In this document: positions 9,897 through 20,626 of the stretch, piece by piece | Numbering within the stretch: position 1 is the stretch's first letter | Layout: each line of letters begins with the position of its first letter | Source: Spirochaetaceae bacterium | Lineage (GTDB): Bacteria; Spirochaetota; Spirochaetia; DSM-2461 | Length of the DNA stretch: 64,000 nt | Assembly (NCBI GenBank): GCA_051531975.1 | Contig: JAOPTT010000013.1 | Span: 32,001 to 96,000, forward strand | Reading direction: 5' to 3' | Notes under the pieces: model-generated | The model's input: only the letters and a program-made list of their open reading frames with translations | What the model was told of the DNA's origin: nothing | The model's database searches: none | Made by a program: the position numbers and the translations under genes

Positions 9897-9915
9897 GTTC
9901 TATTGTCAATAGAAC
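9897..9915. promoter_or_regulatory. Perfect palindrome GTTCTATTG-T-CAATAGAAC, candidate operator upstream of the EamA gene
   Basis: 9-bp inverted repeat containing a minus-strand TTGACA, 21 bp from the EamA start. Confidence 0.5.
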
Positions 9916-10005
9916 TGTTTAATAATGGAACTTGATGGGTATTATAAACTGAATAGGTTTAACAGAATTATATTTGAATGTAGTAGGGATCTCAAAATAA
10001 TATAA

Positions 10006-10034
10006 TTGACAACAAAAATGGTATAACATAAAAT
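10006..10034 (+). promoter_or_regulatory. Sigma70 promoter for the binding protein-hybrid kinase operon
   Basis: TTGACA-N17-TAAAAT. Confidence 0.7.
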
Positions 10035-10067
10035 TAATGTATAGAAAGAAGTTTTAAGGAATAAAAA

Positions 10068-11384
10068 ATGAAAATGAAGAATCTCCTAATATATCTATTA
10101 ATTACAGTAACAACATTGCCATCCATGGCAATAGAAATTGACTGGCGAAAGGTCAGCACATTACAGGGTCAAAAGTTCTTGGATTATGTCGCAGAGTTAG
10201 ACCTACATGGTGAAGAGGCATTAGACTTTTGGAAAAAGATTCCAATAAGTAGAGCAAATAGACAGGTTTCTAGTATTTATAGAAAAGAAGCTTTTGATAT
10301 TTACATTTCAAAATACCCTACTCAAAAAGGTATTACAGAGAGTTTCGAAACTGGTATGGGTACAAACATTACCGGTCCTATGAGTAAACAATCACTAAAA
10401 CTACCATTTACAGATTTATATCCAATGAATAAAGGGACAATTGGTGATCCTAATAAAACTTATAAGATAGGTTATACAATTCATGGATTTGCACATCCCT
10501 GGTTACTGAACAATGCTGATTCAGCTATTTGGGAAGCAAATAGACATTCAAATGTTGAACTAACTATTTTAGATCCTGAATTTGATAATGATAAACAGGT
10601 AAAACAGATAGACCAATGGATAAAAGATAAATATGACGGGATTCTTATCTGGCCAATGCAAGAGGCTCCTACAGGACCTCCAGTTAACCGAGCAGTTGCC
10701 GCAGGAATTCCTATTGTCTCTGTTGATAGATTAGTTGGAAGCCGAAGTATCAGTGCTCAAGTGACAGGTAATTTCCCAGCAAATGGAACACAACAAGGTA
10801 TGTATTTAATACATAAACTTCTCCAGGAAACTGGTAAAGTTGAAGCCAATGTTCTACTAATTAGAAAACCTCTTGGTAGCACTGCGGACTCATTAAGAAC
10901 CGGTCATTTTCTTAAAGTTATTAGTTATTTCCCAGGTATAAATATTGTAGAAAGTTACCACAACAGCAGTAGTAGAGATGATTCCTATAAACAGGTTACA
11001 GCCGCACTTGAAAAAAACAGGGATATAGATGTCATTTTCTGTACTGGAGCTGAACAGAGTATGGGAGCTGTAAAGGCAATTGATAATAAAAATATGTGGA
11101 AAAGTAGAAAAAATGGTGAAAATATAATCATATTAAATAATGATGATCTATTTGAAGCCTTAAAGGAAGTTAAAGCTGGTAAAATAGCAATGACCTCCCC
11201 ATATACACCACTACTTGGAGCATTAGGAATAAGAGTTCTATTAAAAATAATAGATGGTGAATCTATTCCAAAAAATATTGTAACAAAAGATATTCCAATG
11301 ATAACAAAAGAGAAGGAGAACATCTTTGGTATAGAGACAATTAGTGTTGATGAATGGATTCCATACTCATATGGTCGAAACTAA
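10068..11384 (+). CDS. Periplasmic sugar-binding protein (RbsB-like) with a long N-terminal extension
   Basis: Signal peptide; KIGY..HPW, YDGILI.P and AGIPIVSVDR motifs. Confidence 0.85.
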   Translation: MKMKNLLIYLLITVTTLPSMAIEIDWRKVSTLQGQKFLDYVAELDLHGEEALDFWKKIPISRANRQVSSIYRKEAFDIYISKYPTQKGITESFETGMGTNITGPMSKQSLKLPFTDLYPMNKGTIGDPNKTYKIGYTIHGFAHPWLLNNADSAIWEANRHSNVELTILDPEFDNDKQVKQIDQWIKDKYDGILIWPMQEAPTGPPVNRAVAAGIPIVSVDRLVGSRSISAQVTGNFPANGTQQGMYLIHKLLQETGKVEANVLLIRKPLGSTADSLRTGHFLKVISYFPGINIVESYHNSSSRDDSYKQVTAALEKNRDIDVIFCTGAEQSMGAVKAIDNKNMWKSRKNGENIIILNNDDLFEALKEVKAGKIAMTSPYTPLLGALGIRVLLKIIDGESIPKNIVTKDIPMITKEKENIFGIETISVDEWIPYSYGRN

Positions 11385-11387
11385 AAA

Positions 11388-14300
11388 GTGAAAATACCTG
11401 CATTTTTTAAAATTAGAACTAAACTAATTTTTATACTTAACATCTCAGGACTAATTCCTTTTATAGTAGTGGGTATTATTGCCTTAAACATATCTAAAAC
11501 AGCAATGTCTGACCAAGAGTTTTCTAGACTAGAAGGAGTCCGTGATTCTAAAAAAGCTCAAATTGAACGATATTACGAAAACAGTTTTTCAGACATAACA
11601 GTTCTTGCCAATGGTTCACATATATTAACAGCCCTGGATGCATTTTCTTCCACCCTCTTAGATAACAAAATTGATACCAGTTCATACGACTATTATGAAA
11701 GTTTAGAATATGGTGACTCTTTTAGGAAATTTACTGAAGAGTATGGTTATTACGATATTATGTTAATAACATTAGATGGTGATATCGTATATACCCTAAG
11801 AAAAGAGAGTGACCTATCTCAAAATGTTCTTACTGGCCCCTTAAAAGAATCATTGTTAGGGAAGCAGTTTAAAGAGAGCTTTAAAGAAGTTACTATTACT
11901 GACTTTGAGCTCTATGATATATCTGGAAATCAACCTATATCTTTTTTAATGGCACCTATTAAATATTTTGATAATACAGAAGGTGTAATCGTTCTTAAAC
12001 TTACAACTGATGTAATAAATGAAATTATGATGGAACGTTCCGGTATGGCTTTTACAAATGAGGTTTACTTGGTCGGCTCGGATCTTCTTATGCGTTCAGA
12101 TTCATATTTGGATCCTAGATATCATACTGTACAGGCATCAATGGAATTTCCTGAAACAGGCTATGTAAAGACAAATCCTGTCAAACAGGCATTACTGGGT
12201 TATACCGGAAAAGTAAATAGTCTTGATTTTGGGGGGATAAAAGTTTTAACAGCATATGTACCTGTAAAAATACATAATCTAACTTATGCTCTAATTGCTC
12301 AAATAGATGAATCCGAAGCTTTTGATGTTATTATTAATTTAAGAAATATCTTGATTGTATTTGGTGGTATAACTGCCGGTTTGATTATTTTTTTATCAAT
12401 TTATATATCCAATAAATTTACAAAACCGATAACTATGCTGACAAAAGTCTCCACTGAAATATCCACAGGAGAGTTAGATCAGGAGATAAATGTTGATAGC
12501 CAAGATGAATTAGGAACATTAGCTCATAGTTTTGGTGTAATGAGGGACTCGATAAAAAGTAAAATAGCAGATCTTGATTCTGAAATTGAACATAGGAGAG
12601 GTGCTGAAAACGAACTTAGAGTTCACAGAGATAATTTAGAAAATATTGTTACAGAAAGAACCGCTGAACTTAATACTGCAAAAAAAACTGCAGAAGAGGC
12701 TGATAAGGCAAAAAGTGATTTCCTAGCAAATATGAGCCATGAAATTAGAACTCCTATGAACGCTATTATCGGATTGGATCACCTACTATTAAAAACGAGT
12801 TTAACTGAAAAACAGCAGGATTATGTAGATAAGATTGGTAGTTCTTCAAAAAACCTATTAGGTATCTTAAATGACATATTAGATTTCTCAAAAATTGAAG
12901 CTGGTAAACTTGAGATCGAAGATACAAACTTTATTTTAAATGATGTATTGGAAAACCTTTCGGGAATGATTGGAAATAAAGCCATGAATAAAGGTCTTGA
13001 ACTGATATTTAGACAGGATATGGATGTGCCTCAAACTTTAATTGGGGATCCATTAAGACTTGGGCAAATTCTATTAAATCTTACTAATAACTCTATTAAA
13101 TTTACTGATAAAGGTGAGATTGTAGTATCCTTTAAGTTACAAAGTAAGGAAAAGGATAAAATAGTATTACGTTTTGAAGTTACAGATACAGGTATAGGTT
13201 TAAAAAGTGAACAGGTAGATAAGCTCTTTAGTTCTTTTTCACAAGCAGACAGTTCAATAACCCGTAAATATGGTGGTACTGGACTTGGACTTTCAATTAG
13301 TAAAAAACTCTCTGAAATGATGGGTGGACATATTGGTGTTGAGAGTGAATATGGGAAAGGCTCTACGTTCTATTTTACACTGAAATTAGGCATCTTTGAT
13401 GAACACAAGACTATAAAGAAAGTTCCTCCTAAAGATATGGTAGGGCTTAAAGTTCTTGTTGTAGATGATAATGAGACATCAAGAGATGTTATATGTTCAT
13501 ATCTTGATGATTATTCATTCCAAGCAACATCAGTTTCATCAGGAGAGTTAGCTCTTCGTGAAATTATACAGGCAAAAGCTTCTACTGATAAAAATTATGA
13601 TTTAGTACTTATGGATTATCAGATGGAGGGTTTAAATGGGATTGAAACTTCAAAAAAAGTCCGCTTAGAGCTGGAAAATATAGATAGTCCTAAAATAATA
13701 ATGATTACAGGTATAGATCGGGAAGAGATAATGAATCAAGCTGAAGAGATAGGTCTTCAGGGCTTCCTACTTAAACCAATTAGTCCATCAGTACTTTATG
13801 ATTCTATTATGCAAGTTTTTGGGATAGGTGGTAATTATAAAAGAAGAAAAAATAAATATATTGAAAGCAAACCAGAAGGTTTTGATAATATACGAGGAGC
13901 AAAACTACTTTTAGTTGAAGATAATGAGATAAACCAGCAGGTTGCCCAGGAGATACTTGAGGCTGAAGGGTTTTATGTAGATATTGCCGGAAACGGTAAA
14001 ATAGGTGTTGATAAACTGGGAAATAACAGATCCTATGATCTTATTTTAATGGATCTACAAATGCCTATAATGGATGGTTATGATGCAACCATAGAAATAA
14101 GAAAAACTATTAGTTTTGATCAGTTACCTATCGTTGCCATGACAGCAGATGCAATGACTGGAGTAAGGGATAATGTAATTAATTCAGGAATGAATGATTA
14201 TGTAACAAAACCGATTAATCCACCGGATCTCTGGGCTGCTCTAGTAAAATGGATAAAACCTTATAAAAGAGAACTTCCTGATAACTTTAATAATAAAAAT

Positions 14301-14915
14301 GAAGAAAGTACTACCAAGACAGTAGTCCCAGATATTGCAGGTATTGATACTGCCACAGGTTTAAGCCGTGTTGGTGGAAATAAAAAACTGTATATTAACC
14401 TGCTTTGTCAGATTAGGGACAATTATGGGGATACTGTTAAAGATATCGAAACTGCACTTAAGGATGGGGAGGACGACGTTGCAATAAGAACTGCTCACAC
14501 AATAAAAGGTGTAGCTGGAAATATTGGAGCAGAAAAACTTCAGGATTATGCTAAAAGAGTTGAAAGTGATATTAGTGGAAATCTTGACCATAAAGAAGCT
14601 TTAAAGAACTTGGATGCTGAACTTTCTATGTTAATATCAAATTTGAAAGAAGCACCACTTGAAAACAATCAGAAAAATAAAGATAAAAAGAATATTGAAC
14701 CGGAACTATTAACAAACAATCTGAAAAACTTAAAAGCCGCATTGGAAAAAAGAAAGGCAAAAATTGCTAAAGATATATTAGAAGAACTGGATACTTATAT
14801 TCTACCTCAGGATTTAATACCATATCATAAAGATATAAGTGTTAGCACAAAAAAATATGATCTAAAAGGGGCTCTACTAAGTTTAGATAAGTTTATGTTT
14901 GAAGCAACTAAATAA
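11388..14915 (+). CDS. Hybrid sensor histidine kinase (Cache-like, HAMP, HisKA, HATPase, REC, REC, Hpt)
   Basis: [25 protein letters not shown], two LMD REC sites, AHTIKG Hpt. Confidence 0.95.
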   Translation: MKIPAFFKIRTKLIFILNISGLIPFIVVGIIALNISKTAMSDQEFSRLEGVRDSKKAQIERYYENSFSDITVLANGSHILTALDAFSSTLLDNKIDTSSYDYYESLEYGDSFRKFTEEYGYYDIMLITLDGDIVYTLRKESDLSQNVLTGPLKESLLGKQFKESFKEVTITDFELYDISGNQPISFLMAPIKYFDNTEGVIVLKLTTDVINEIMMERSGMAFTNEVYLVGSDLLMRSDSYLDPRYHTVQASMEFPETGYVKTNPVKQALLGYTGKVNSLDFGGIKVLTAYVPVKIHNLTYALIAQIDESEAFDVIINLRNILIVFGGITAGLIIFLSIYISNKFTKPITMLTKVSTEISTGELDQEINVDSQDELGTLAHSFGVMRDSIKSKIADLDSEIEHRRGAENELRVHRDNLENIVTERTAELNTAKKTAEEADKAKSDFLANMSHEIRTPMNAIIGLDHLLLKTSLTEKQQDYVDKIGSSSKNLLGILNDILDFSKIEAGKLEIEDTNFILNDVLENLSGMIGNKAMNKGLELIFRQDMDVPQTLIGDPLRLGQILLNLTNNSIKFTDKGEIVVSFKLQSKEKDKIVLRFEVTDTGIGLKSEQVDKLFSSFSQADSSITRKYGGTGLGLSISKKLSEMMGGHIGVESEYGKGSTFYFTLKLGIFDEHKTIKKVPPKDMVGLKVLVVDDNETSRDVICSYLDDYSFQATSVSSGELALREIIQAKASTDKNYDLVLMDYQMEGLNGIETSKKVRLELENIDSPKIIMITGIDREEIMNQAEEIGLQGFLLKPISPSVLYDSIMQVFGIGGNYKRRKNKYIESKPEGFDNIRGAKLLLVEDNEINQQVAQEILEAEGFYVDIAGNGKIGVDKLGNNRSYDLILMDLQMPIMDGYDATIEIRKTISFDQLPIVAMTADAMTGVRDNVINSGMNDYVTKPINPPDLWAALVKWIKPYKRELPDNFNNKNEESTTKTVVPDIAGIDTATGLSRVGGNKKLYINLLCQIRDNYGDTVKDIETALKDGEDDVAIRTAHTIKGVAGNIGAEKLQDYAKRVESDISGNLDHKEALKNLDAELSMLISNLKEAPLENNQKNKDKKNIEPELLTNNLKNLKAALEKRKAKIAKDILEELDTYILPQDLIPYHKDISVSTKKYDLKGALLSLDKFMFEATK

Positions 14916-15027
14916 AGAGTCTTATTTGCGCAGCCTGATTAATTTTCCATAAAATTCATAATTATTTCATAGTAAAGAAACAATTATTTTAATTATTATG
15001 TTTAAAAGAGTGTCATTGGAGTAGGAA

Positions 15028-15873
15028 GTGTATAAAATAGGTGATTTTTCAAGAATGGGCCAGGTTTCTGTTCGGATGTTACGACATTACGATCAGATAG
15101 GATTATTAAAACCTGAAGGTGTAGATGCCTTTTCAGGTTATAGAAATTATTCTATAAAACAACTTCCTACATTAAATAGAATACTATTTTTAAAAGACCT
15201 TGGATTCTCCCTTCAACAAATAAGCGAACTATTACTTAAAAACCTACCCTTAGATGAACTTAAATCGATACATAGAGAGAGGCAGGAAAAACTTGAAAAA
15301 GAGATGTTTCAAGCAAAATCTCAATTGGCTATGGTTAAACTAAGACTTGAACAGATTGAAAACGAGGGGAAAGAGCCTCTTTATGAGGTAATGGAAAAGA
15401 GTGCAGGATCATTTATATTTGCATCTATTAGAAGAATAATTCCAGAAATAAAAGATATGGCATTCTACTGTAAAACTATACATGAAGAATTATATCAAAA
15501 ACTTAATGAATGTGGAGTTACACCTGGAGCCCCTGAAACAACCCTATATCACAATAAGGAATATAAGGAAGAGAATATAGATGTAGAAATAGGAGTAAAA
15601 CTTAATAAAGATTATAGAGATCTTACTAAACTACCAAAGGATCTTATTATAAGAAAAGTTGAAAGTGAAACAAGAGTTGCTTCTCTTCTGTATAAGGGAC
15701 CCTATGAAAATACAATTTCTGGAGTTTTGGAACTATTAAACTGGATAGGGCTAAATAACTGGCATATAACAGGTGCAGTTAGAGAAATACAACTTTCAGG
15801 GCCAACTCATGATGAAAATGGAATTGTACAAAGCGATCCTGTATCTGAATTGCAAATTCCAATTAAAAATTAA
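15028..15873 (+). CDS. MerR-family regulator with GyrI-like effector domain (BmrR type)
   Basis: IGDFSR...VRMLRHYDQIGLL.P...SGYR helix-turn-helix; YKGPYE and ELQIPI motifs. Confidence 0.92.
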   Translation: MYKIGDFSRMGQVSVRMLRHYDQIGLLKPEGVDAFSGYRNYSIKQLPTLNRILFLKDLGFSLQQISELLLKNLPLDELKSIHRERQEKLEKEMFQAKSQLAMVKLRLEQIENEGKEPLYEVMEKSAGSFIFASIRRIIPEIKDMAFYCKTIHEELYQKLNECGVTPGAPETTLYHNKEYKEENIDVEIGVKLNKDYRDLTKLPKDLIIRKVESETRVASLLYKGPYENTISGVLELLNWIGLNNWHITGAVREIQLSGPTHDENGIVQSDPVSELQIPIKN

Positions 15874-15950
15874 ATGAACTCTATTAAATGACTTTTTATA
15901 AAGACATTATCCTTAAATAGTTTTGTTATAAAAAATAGAAGGTATTAAAT

Positions 15951-17498
15951 ATGGAACAGTATAAACATGGTGTAATTAAAGTGATTATAACATACATTTT
16001 TGTATATTTTATGTGGATAATAGGCGGTAGTTTATTTGACCTTTATTTTGTCTTAAAACTTGTAGAAGTTGATCCTGTATTAACAATGATCGGCTTAGAC
16101 AGTCCTATCTATATATCGGTTCGTCAGCTTGGTTTTTTACTTCCCAGTTTAATTGTAAACATTTTTTATATTTTTTTTTATATTATTCCTATATTGAAGT
16201 TATTAATCAAAAAACAGAATAAAACTCCTAGAAAAATAGTTGCGAAAGTATTGAAGTTACCTCAGATAGCAGGATTAATTGCATTTATGACATGGATGAT
16301 AATATTCTGTTTTATAACAACCGTTGATCTTATTTTTCTTAACTTTCCAATAAAAGGTCAAAAAACTATATATATAATAACAACATTTGCAGCCATGTTA
16401 TCTTCAAGTATATTTACTTTTATGGGTATTTTTTTGAGCCTAGAATATATAAACAAAAAAATAATTATTCCAATGTTTTTTCCAAACGGAATGATTTCTA
16501 TTGAGAATTATGTGAAACCTATGACATTTACTACAAAATTAGTTCTACTTTGGTTGGCAGTTGGGTTTTATCCTTTAGTTGTCTTAGGTTTAGGTTTTTA
16601 TCCAAGAGGAAATCCTTCAGGTTTAGAAAAATATGCATGGTCGTTTATTGCTATAATTATACCTGTTGGAGCCTTCTTATTAATATCTATGGGAAAAAGT
16701 TTTCAGAGACCGATTAAAGGATTATTAAAAGCTACAGAGATGATTGCTTCAGAAGATTTTAATTTGGATATAAAATCAGAACAAAATGATGAACTTGGAT
16801 ATCTAACTGACCGGGTAATAGAAATGGCACATAGTCTAAAGGAAAAACAGCATATAAAGGAAACTTTTGGACGAATGGTAGACCCAAGAGTTAGGGATAT
16901 GCTTCTTAGTGGTGAAATAAAATTAGGTGGAGAGAGAAAATATGCCGCAGTATTATTTTGTGATATTAGGGGGTTTACCCAATATTCAGAATACCGTGAT
17001 GAAGCTGATGTTGTAAATTCACTAAATGAACATTTAGCCCAGATGGAGAGGTGTATTGTTGAACAAAACGGAATGATAAATAAATTTCTTGGAGATGGTT
17101 TATTAGCACTTTTTGGTCTACCTATAGAAACAGAAAACCCATCTATGGATGCCTTAAAAGCTGCAATGGAAATGATAAAGATAAATAAGATTCTAAATAT
17201 TTCAAGAATAAAAAATGGTAAAGAAAAATGGCATCTTGGTATTGGAATTCATTATGGACCTGTTTTAGCTGGAAATATTGGTTCACCTACAAGAATGGAA
17301 TATACAGCAATAGGTAATACTGTTAATACCGCATCTAGGATACAAGAATTCTCCAAAAAGTATCCAGGTGAAATATATTTTACATCTGCTTTGAAAAAAG
17401 AACTAATAGGAATGGATTCATATATAAAGTTTCTAGGTCATTCTAAGATTAGAGGTAAAGATGAAAAAGAGGGTATATGGATTATAAAAAATACTTAG
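15951..17498 (+). CDS. Membrane class III adenylate cyclase with HAMP domain
   Basis: FCDIRGFT, KFLGDG, GIGIHYG and EYTAIGNTVNTASR motifs; the Lys/Thr pair indicates ATP specificity. Confidence 0.9.
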   Translation: MEQYKHGVIKVIITYIFVYFMWIIGGSLFDLYFVLKLVEVDPVLTMIGLDSPIYISVRQLGFLLPSLIVNIFYIFFYIIPILKLLIKKQNKTPRKIVAKVLKLPQIAGLIAFMTWMIIFCFITTVDLIFLNFPIKGQKTIYIITTFAAMLSSSIFTFMGIFLSLEYINKKIIIPMFFPNGMISIENYVKPMTFTTKLVLLWLAVGFYPLVVLGLGFYPRGNPSGLEKYAWSFIAIIIPVGAFLLISMGKSFQRPIKGLLKATEMIASEDFNLDIKSEQNDELGYLTDRVIEMAHSLKEKQHIKETFGRMVDPRVRDMLLSGEIKLGGERKYAAVLFCDIRGFTQYSEYRDEADVVNSLNEHLAQMERCIVEQNGMINKFLGDGLLALFGLPIETENPSMDALKAAMEMIKINKILNISRIKNGKEKWHLGIGIHYGPVLAGNIGSPTRMEYTAIGNTVNTASRIQEFSKKYPGEIYFTSALKKELIGMDSYIKFLGHSKIRGKDEKEGIWIIKNT

Positions 17499-17581
17499 AT
17501 ACAAATTGTCTTAATCTATAAACCGATTCTATCTCTTAACTTAAAATTCCCCGTAAAAATAAAAAAAACTATAAATATCTC

Positions 17582-17612
17582 TTTACCCTCACACAGTGTC
17601 AGACCTTACCCT
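17582..17612 (+). promoter_or_regulatory. MerR-type promoter (19-bp spacer with dyad)
   Basis: TTTACC-N19-TACCCT; the spacer contains CTCACAC-A-GTGTCAG. Confidence 0.7.
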
Positions 17613-17645
17613 TTAATTAAAGATCAATAATTAAGGAGTAAGGTT

Positions 17646-18584
17646 ATGTCAAAAAATATAATAATAGGAACCGGACCATTAGGATTGGCAGTAATGGATG
17701 AGCTTATAAAACAAGGACAAAATGTAACACTTGTAAATAGGAGTGGTAAGGTTAATGAAAAGTTACCAAAGTCTGTTAATTTAATTAAAGCAGACGTTAC
17801 AAATTCTTCCGATGTTAGACAGATTTGTAAGGATGTCACTGTTGTCTATATTTGTGCACAGCCGCTGTATACTAACTGGGTAGAAGGATTTCCGCCAATA
17901 ATATCTGGAATCATAAATGGACTAACCGGTAGTGACATCAGAGTTGTTTTTGCAGACAACCTCTATATGTATGGTTCCACAAATGGAGAGCCAATAAAAG
18001 AAGATTTACCACACCTTGCTATAAGTAAAAAAGGTAAACTTCGAAGTCAAATAGCAAATAAACTTTTAGAGTCAGATCTTGATGTTAAATTATTAAGAGG
18101 GTCAGACTTTTTTGGACCAAGAGTCAGAAATTCAGGTTTTGGAGATGTTGTATTTAAAGCTGTAACAGAGAAAAAACCTGTAAACCTCTTTGGTAAACCA
18201 AATCTTTTACATTCTATAACATATATTAGAGACTTTGCTAAAGGATTAGTTCTATTAGGAGAAAGTTTTAAAGTAAAAGAGTCTGTATTCCATCTTCCTA
18301 ATATACAAAATACAACTCCGAATCAATTTGTAGACCTAATAGGTGCAGAGTTAAATAGAAAACTTAAAGTTATGGCCGCAGGAAAATTAATGGTTTCTAT
18401 ACTTGGACTATTTATCCCTATGGTCAAAGAGGTTAAAGAGATTATGTACCAATGGAATGAACCTTTTATTGTAGACCATTCACTTTTTATAAAAAACTTC
18501 AATTTTAGTCCCACACCATATAAAAATTCAATTAAAGAGACATTAGATTGGTTTAAAAACGAATCAGAAAAAGGAAAATTATAA
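17646..18584 (+). CDS. NAD-dependent epimerase/dehydratase family protein
   Basis: IIGTGPLG Rossmann, DNLYMYG and DFFGP motifs. Confidence 0.85.
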   Translation: MSKNIIIGTGPLGLAVMDELIKQGQNVTLVNRSGKVNEKLPKSVNLIKADVTNSSDVRQICKDVTVVYICAQPLYTNWVEGFPPIISGIINGLTGSDIRVVFADNLYMYGSTNGEPIKEDLPHLAISKKGKLRSQIANKLLESDLDVKLLRGSDFFGPRVRNSGFGDVVFKAVTEKKPVNLFGKPNLLHSITYIRDFAKGLVLLGESFKVKESVFHLPNIQNTTPNQFVDLIGAELNRKLKVMAAGKLMVSILGLFIPMVKEVKEIMYQWNEPFIVDHSLFIKNFNFSPTPYKNSIKETLDWFKNESEKGKL

Positions 18585-19354
18585 TGAATAAAGAAATTAA
18601 AACTTTAAAAGTAACAGCAGTAGTATTTATCTCATATTTTGTGATAGGTATGACATGCTATTTTGTATTGGCATCAGTTTTTCAGTTCCCTGATATTTTA
18701 AGAGAAGATGGAGAATTAAGATTTAACCTATTCAGACTAAACCAGAAAATAATTGTTCCTACCTATTATTTTTGGGCTTTCACCGGACTGCTACAGATAA
18801 CAATGGCATCTCTTATTTATGTTATTAACAAAAAAAGTAATGTAATAGATATACTGGCTCTTGTTTTTGGAATCTTATCAGGTACTTTTCAGGTTGTAGG
18901 ATTCATTAGATGGATAGTTCTTATCCCAATATTAGCAGATGCTTATCATAGTGGAGTTTCCAGTGAACTCATATTTTTTATTGAAAAATTAGCAAATGCT
19001 TATCTTGGTAAAACTTTAGGAGAGCATATGGGGAATCTTCTTCTAGCAATCTGGACAATTTTAGTAAGTATAAGGTTCTTATCGTCAAAATTTAATCACC
19101 GATCACTTGGTACTATGGGAATTATAACGGGTTCAATCTTTCTTCTGTTTTCATTTGAATCCTTAGGCTCTATATTTTCTGTTTTATCAATTTTAACAGT
19201 GCCTGTCTGGGGTCTTTTTTACATATGGCTTATTTTTATGGCAATATCATTTTTTAAAAGCAAACTGGGTCAACAGACCGGGAAATTACACTGGGGTTTC
19301 TGGATATGTGGTTTATTATTCTGGCTAAGTAATATTATACCATCATATCTATAA
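18584..19354 (+). CDS. DUF4386-like membrane protein
   Basis: F.FPDILR, GFIRW and GEHMG motifs; multiple TM helices. Confidence 0.7.
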   Translation: MNKEIKTLKVTAVVFISYFVIGMTCYFVLASVFQFPDILREDGELRFNLFRLNQKIIVPTYYFWAFTGLLQITMASLIYVINKKSNVIDILALVFGILSGTFQVVGFIRWIVLIPILADAYHSGVSSELIFFIEKLANAYLGKTLGEHMGNLLLAIWTILVSIRFLSSKFNHRSLGTMGIITGSIFLLFSFESLGSIFSVLSILTVPVWGLFYIWLIFMAISFFKSKLGQQTGKLHWGFWICGLLFWLSNIIPSYL

Positions 19355-19364
19355 GGGGAGAAAA

Positions 19365-20579
19365 ATGGGAAAAGCTATATTTTTTAGTGTACCTGCTTAT
19401 GGAGATACTAATCCTCTGCTGGCTACAATCAAAGAGCTGGTGGTACGTGGTGAACATGTAATCTACTATGGAACAAAAGAGTTTAAAGAGTTAGTTGAAG
19501 AGACAGGAGCAGAATACCGGATTTACAAAGGGAATATTAACAATATTAATTTTGTTTTAGCAGAGAATGATATGTTAGGATTTTTTAAGTCTATGTTGAA
19601 GTTTGGATTTGATAAGTTGAAATATAACCTGGAGGATGTTAAACAGGATAAACCTGACTATATCCTTCATGGAAGTATGTCGTTTTGGGGTAAATATCTA
19701 GGTAAAATCCTTGGAATTAGAACCATAAACCTTCTACATTCGGCACCTATGGGAAAAAATGATATTAAACCAAGTTTAAATATGTTGTTAACATTTGTAT
19801 TTCCCCTACTATATTACATTATAAGTAGTAAATTTAACAAAAATAGCCAGCCATATAAATTCAGAGAGGAATTCAATATCACTCCAGACTTTTTTGATTT
19901 AACAACAAACAAAGAGGATTTAAACCTTATATACTCTTCTGAAATAGTGAGCCCAGAATTAGCAAAAAGTGAGTCAGGTTATAAGTTCATTGGCCCGTCT
20001 CTTTATTTTAAAGAAGATAAAGAAGATGATTTTCCATATGAAGTCATTTCAGAATATAAAAATATTAAACCACTAATTTATATTTCACTAGGAACTATTC
20101 ATTCTAATAATCCTGAATTTTATAGACTTTGTTTTGATGCTCTAGGGGACAAAAAATTCCAGGTTATTTTATCTATAGGTAGAGAACTTAAGATATCTGA
20201 TTTTATGAATGTCCCAGATAACTTTCTAATTAGAAATTCAAATCCACAGCAGACTATTTTAAAGGACATGGATCTATTTATAACCCATGGAGGAATGAAT
20301 AGTGTAAATGAAGCCCTATGTTTTGGTACTCCAATGATTGTATTACCCCACCATATGGAACAGGCTACAAGTGCAAATAGAGTAGCGAGGCTTGGCTGTG
20401 GATTAACAATGGAAATTGATAAAATGAGATCAAAGGACTTATATGATAATGTTACTGAAATTTTAAATAACAATTCATTTAAAAAAAGCTGTATGTTCTA
20501 TTCAAAAATTATAGGAAAAGAGGAAGAAAGCTCTTATTTAAAAGCAGCAGATTTTATTATGAACCATAAAATTAATTGA
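19365..20579 (+). CDS. GT1 glycosyltransferase (MGT/macrolide family)
   Basis: YISLGT, PQ..IL...DLFITHGGMNS..EAL..G.P and EQ motifs. Confidence 0.9.
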   Translation: MGKAIFFSVPAYGDTNPLLATIKELVVRGEHVIYYGTKEFKELVEETGAEYRIYKGNINNINFVLAENDMLGFFKSMLKFGFDKLKYNLEDVKQDKPDYILHGSMSFWGKYLGKILGIRTINLLHSAPMGKNDIKPSLNMLLTFVFPLLYYIISSKFNKNSQPYKFREEFNITPDFFDLTTNKEDLNLIYSSEIVSPELAKSESGYKFIGPSLYFKEDKEDDFPYEVISEYKNIKPLIYISLGTIHSNNPEFYRLCFDALGDKKFQVILSIGRELKISDFMNVPDNFLIRNSNPQQTILKDMDLFITHGGMNSVNEALCFGTPMIVLPHHMEQATSANRVARLGCGLTMEIDKMRSKDLYDNVTEILNNNSFKKSCMFYSKIIGKEEESSYLKAADFIMNHKIN

Positions 20580-20589
20580 TAAGAGACTA

Positions 20590-20616
20590 TCCATAGGCTA
20601 TTTTTGCGCCTGTGGA
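20590..20616. terminator. Hairpin between convergent genes
   Basis: TCCATAGGC-N9-GCCTGTGGA; no clear U-tract. Confidence 0.4.
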
Positions 20617-20626
20617 CAGATCCTTT

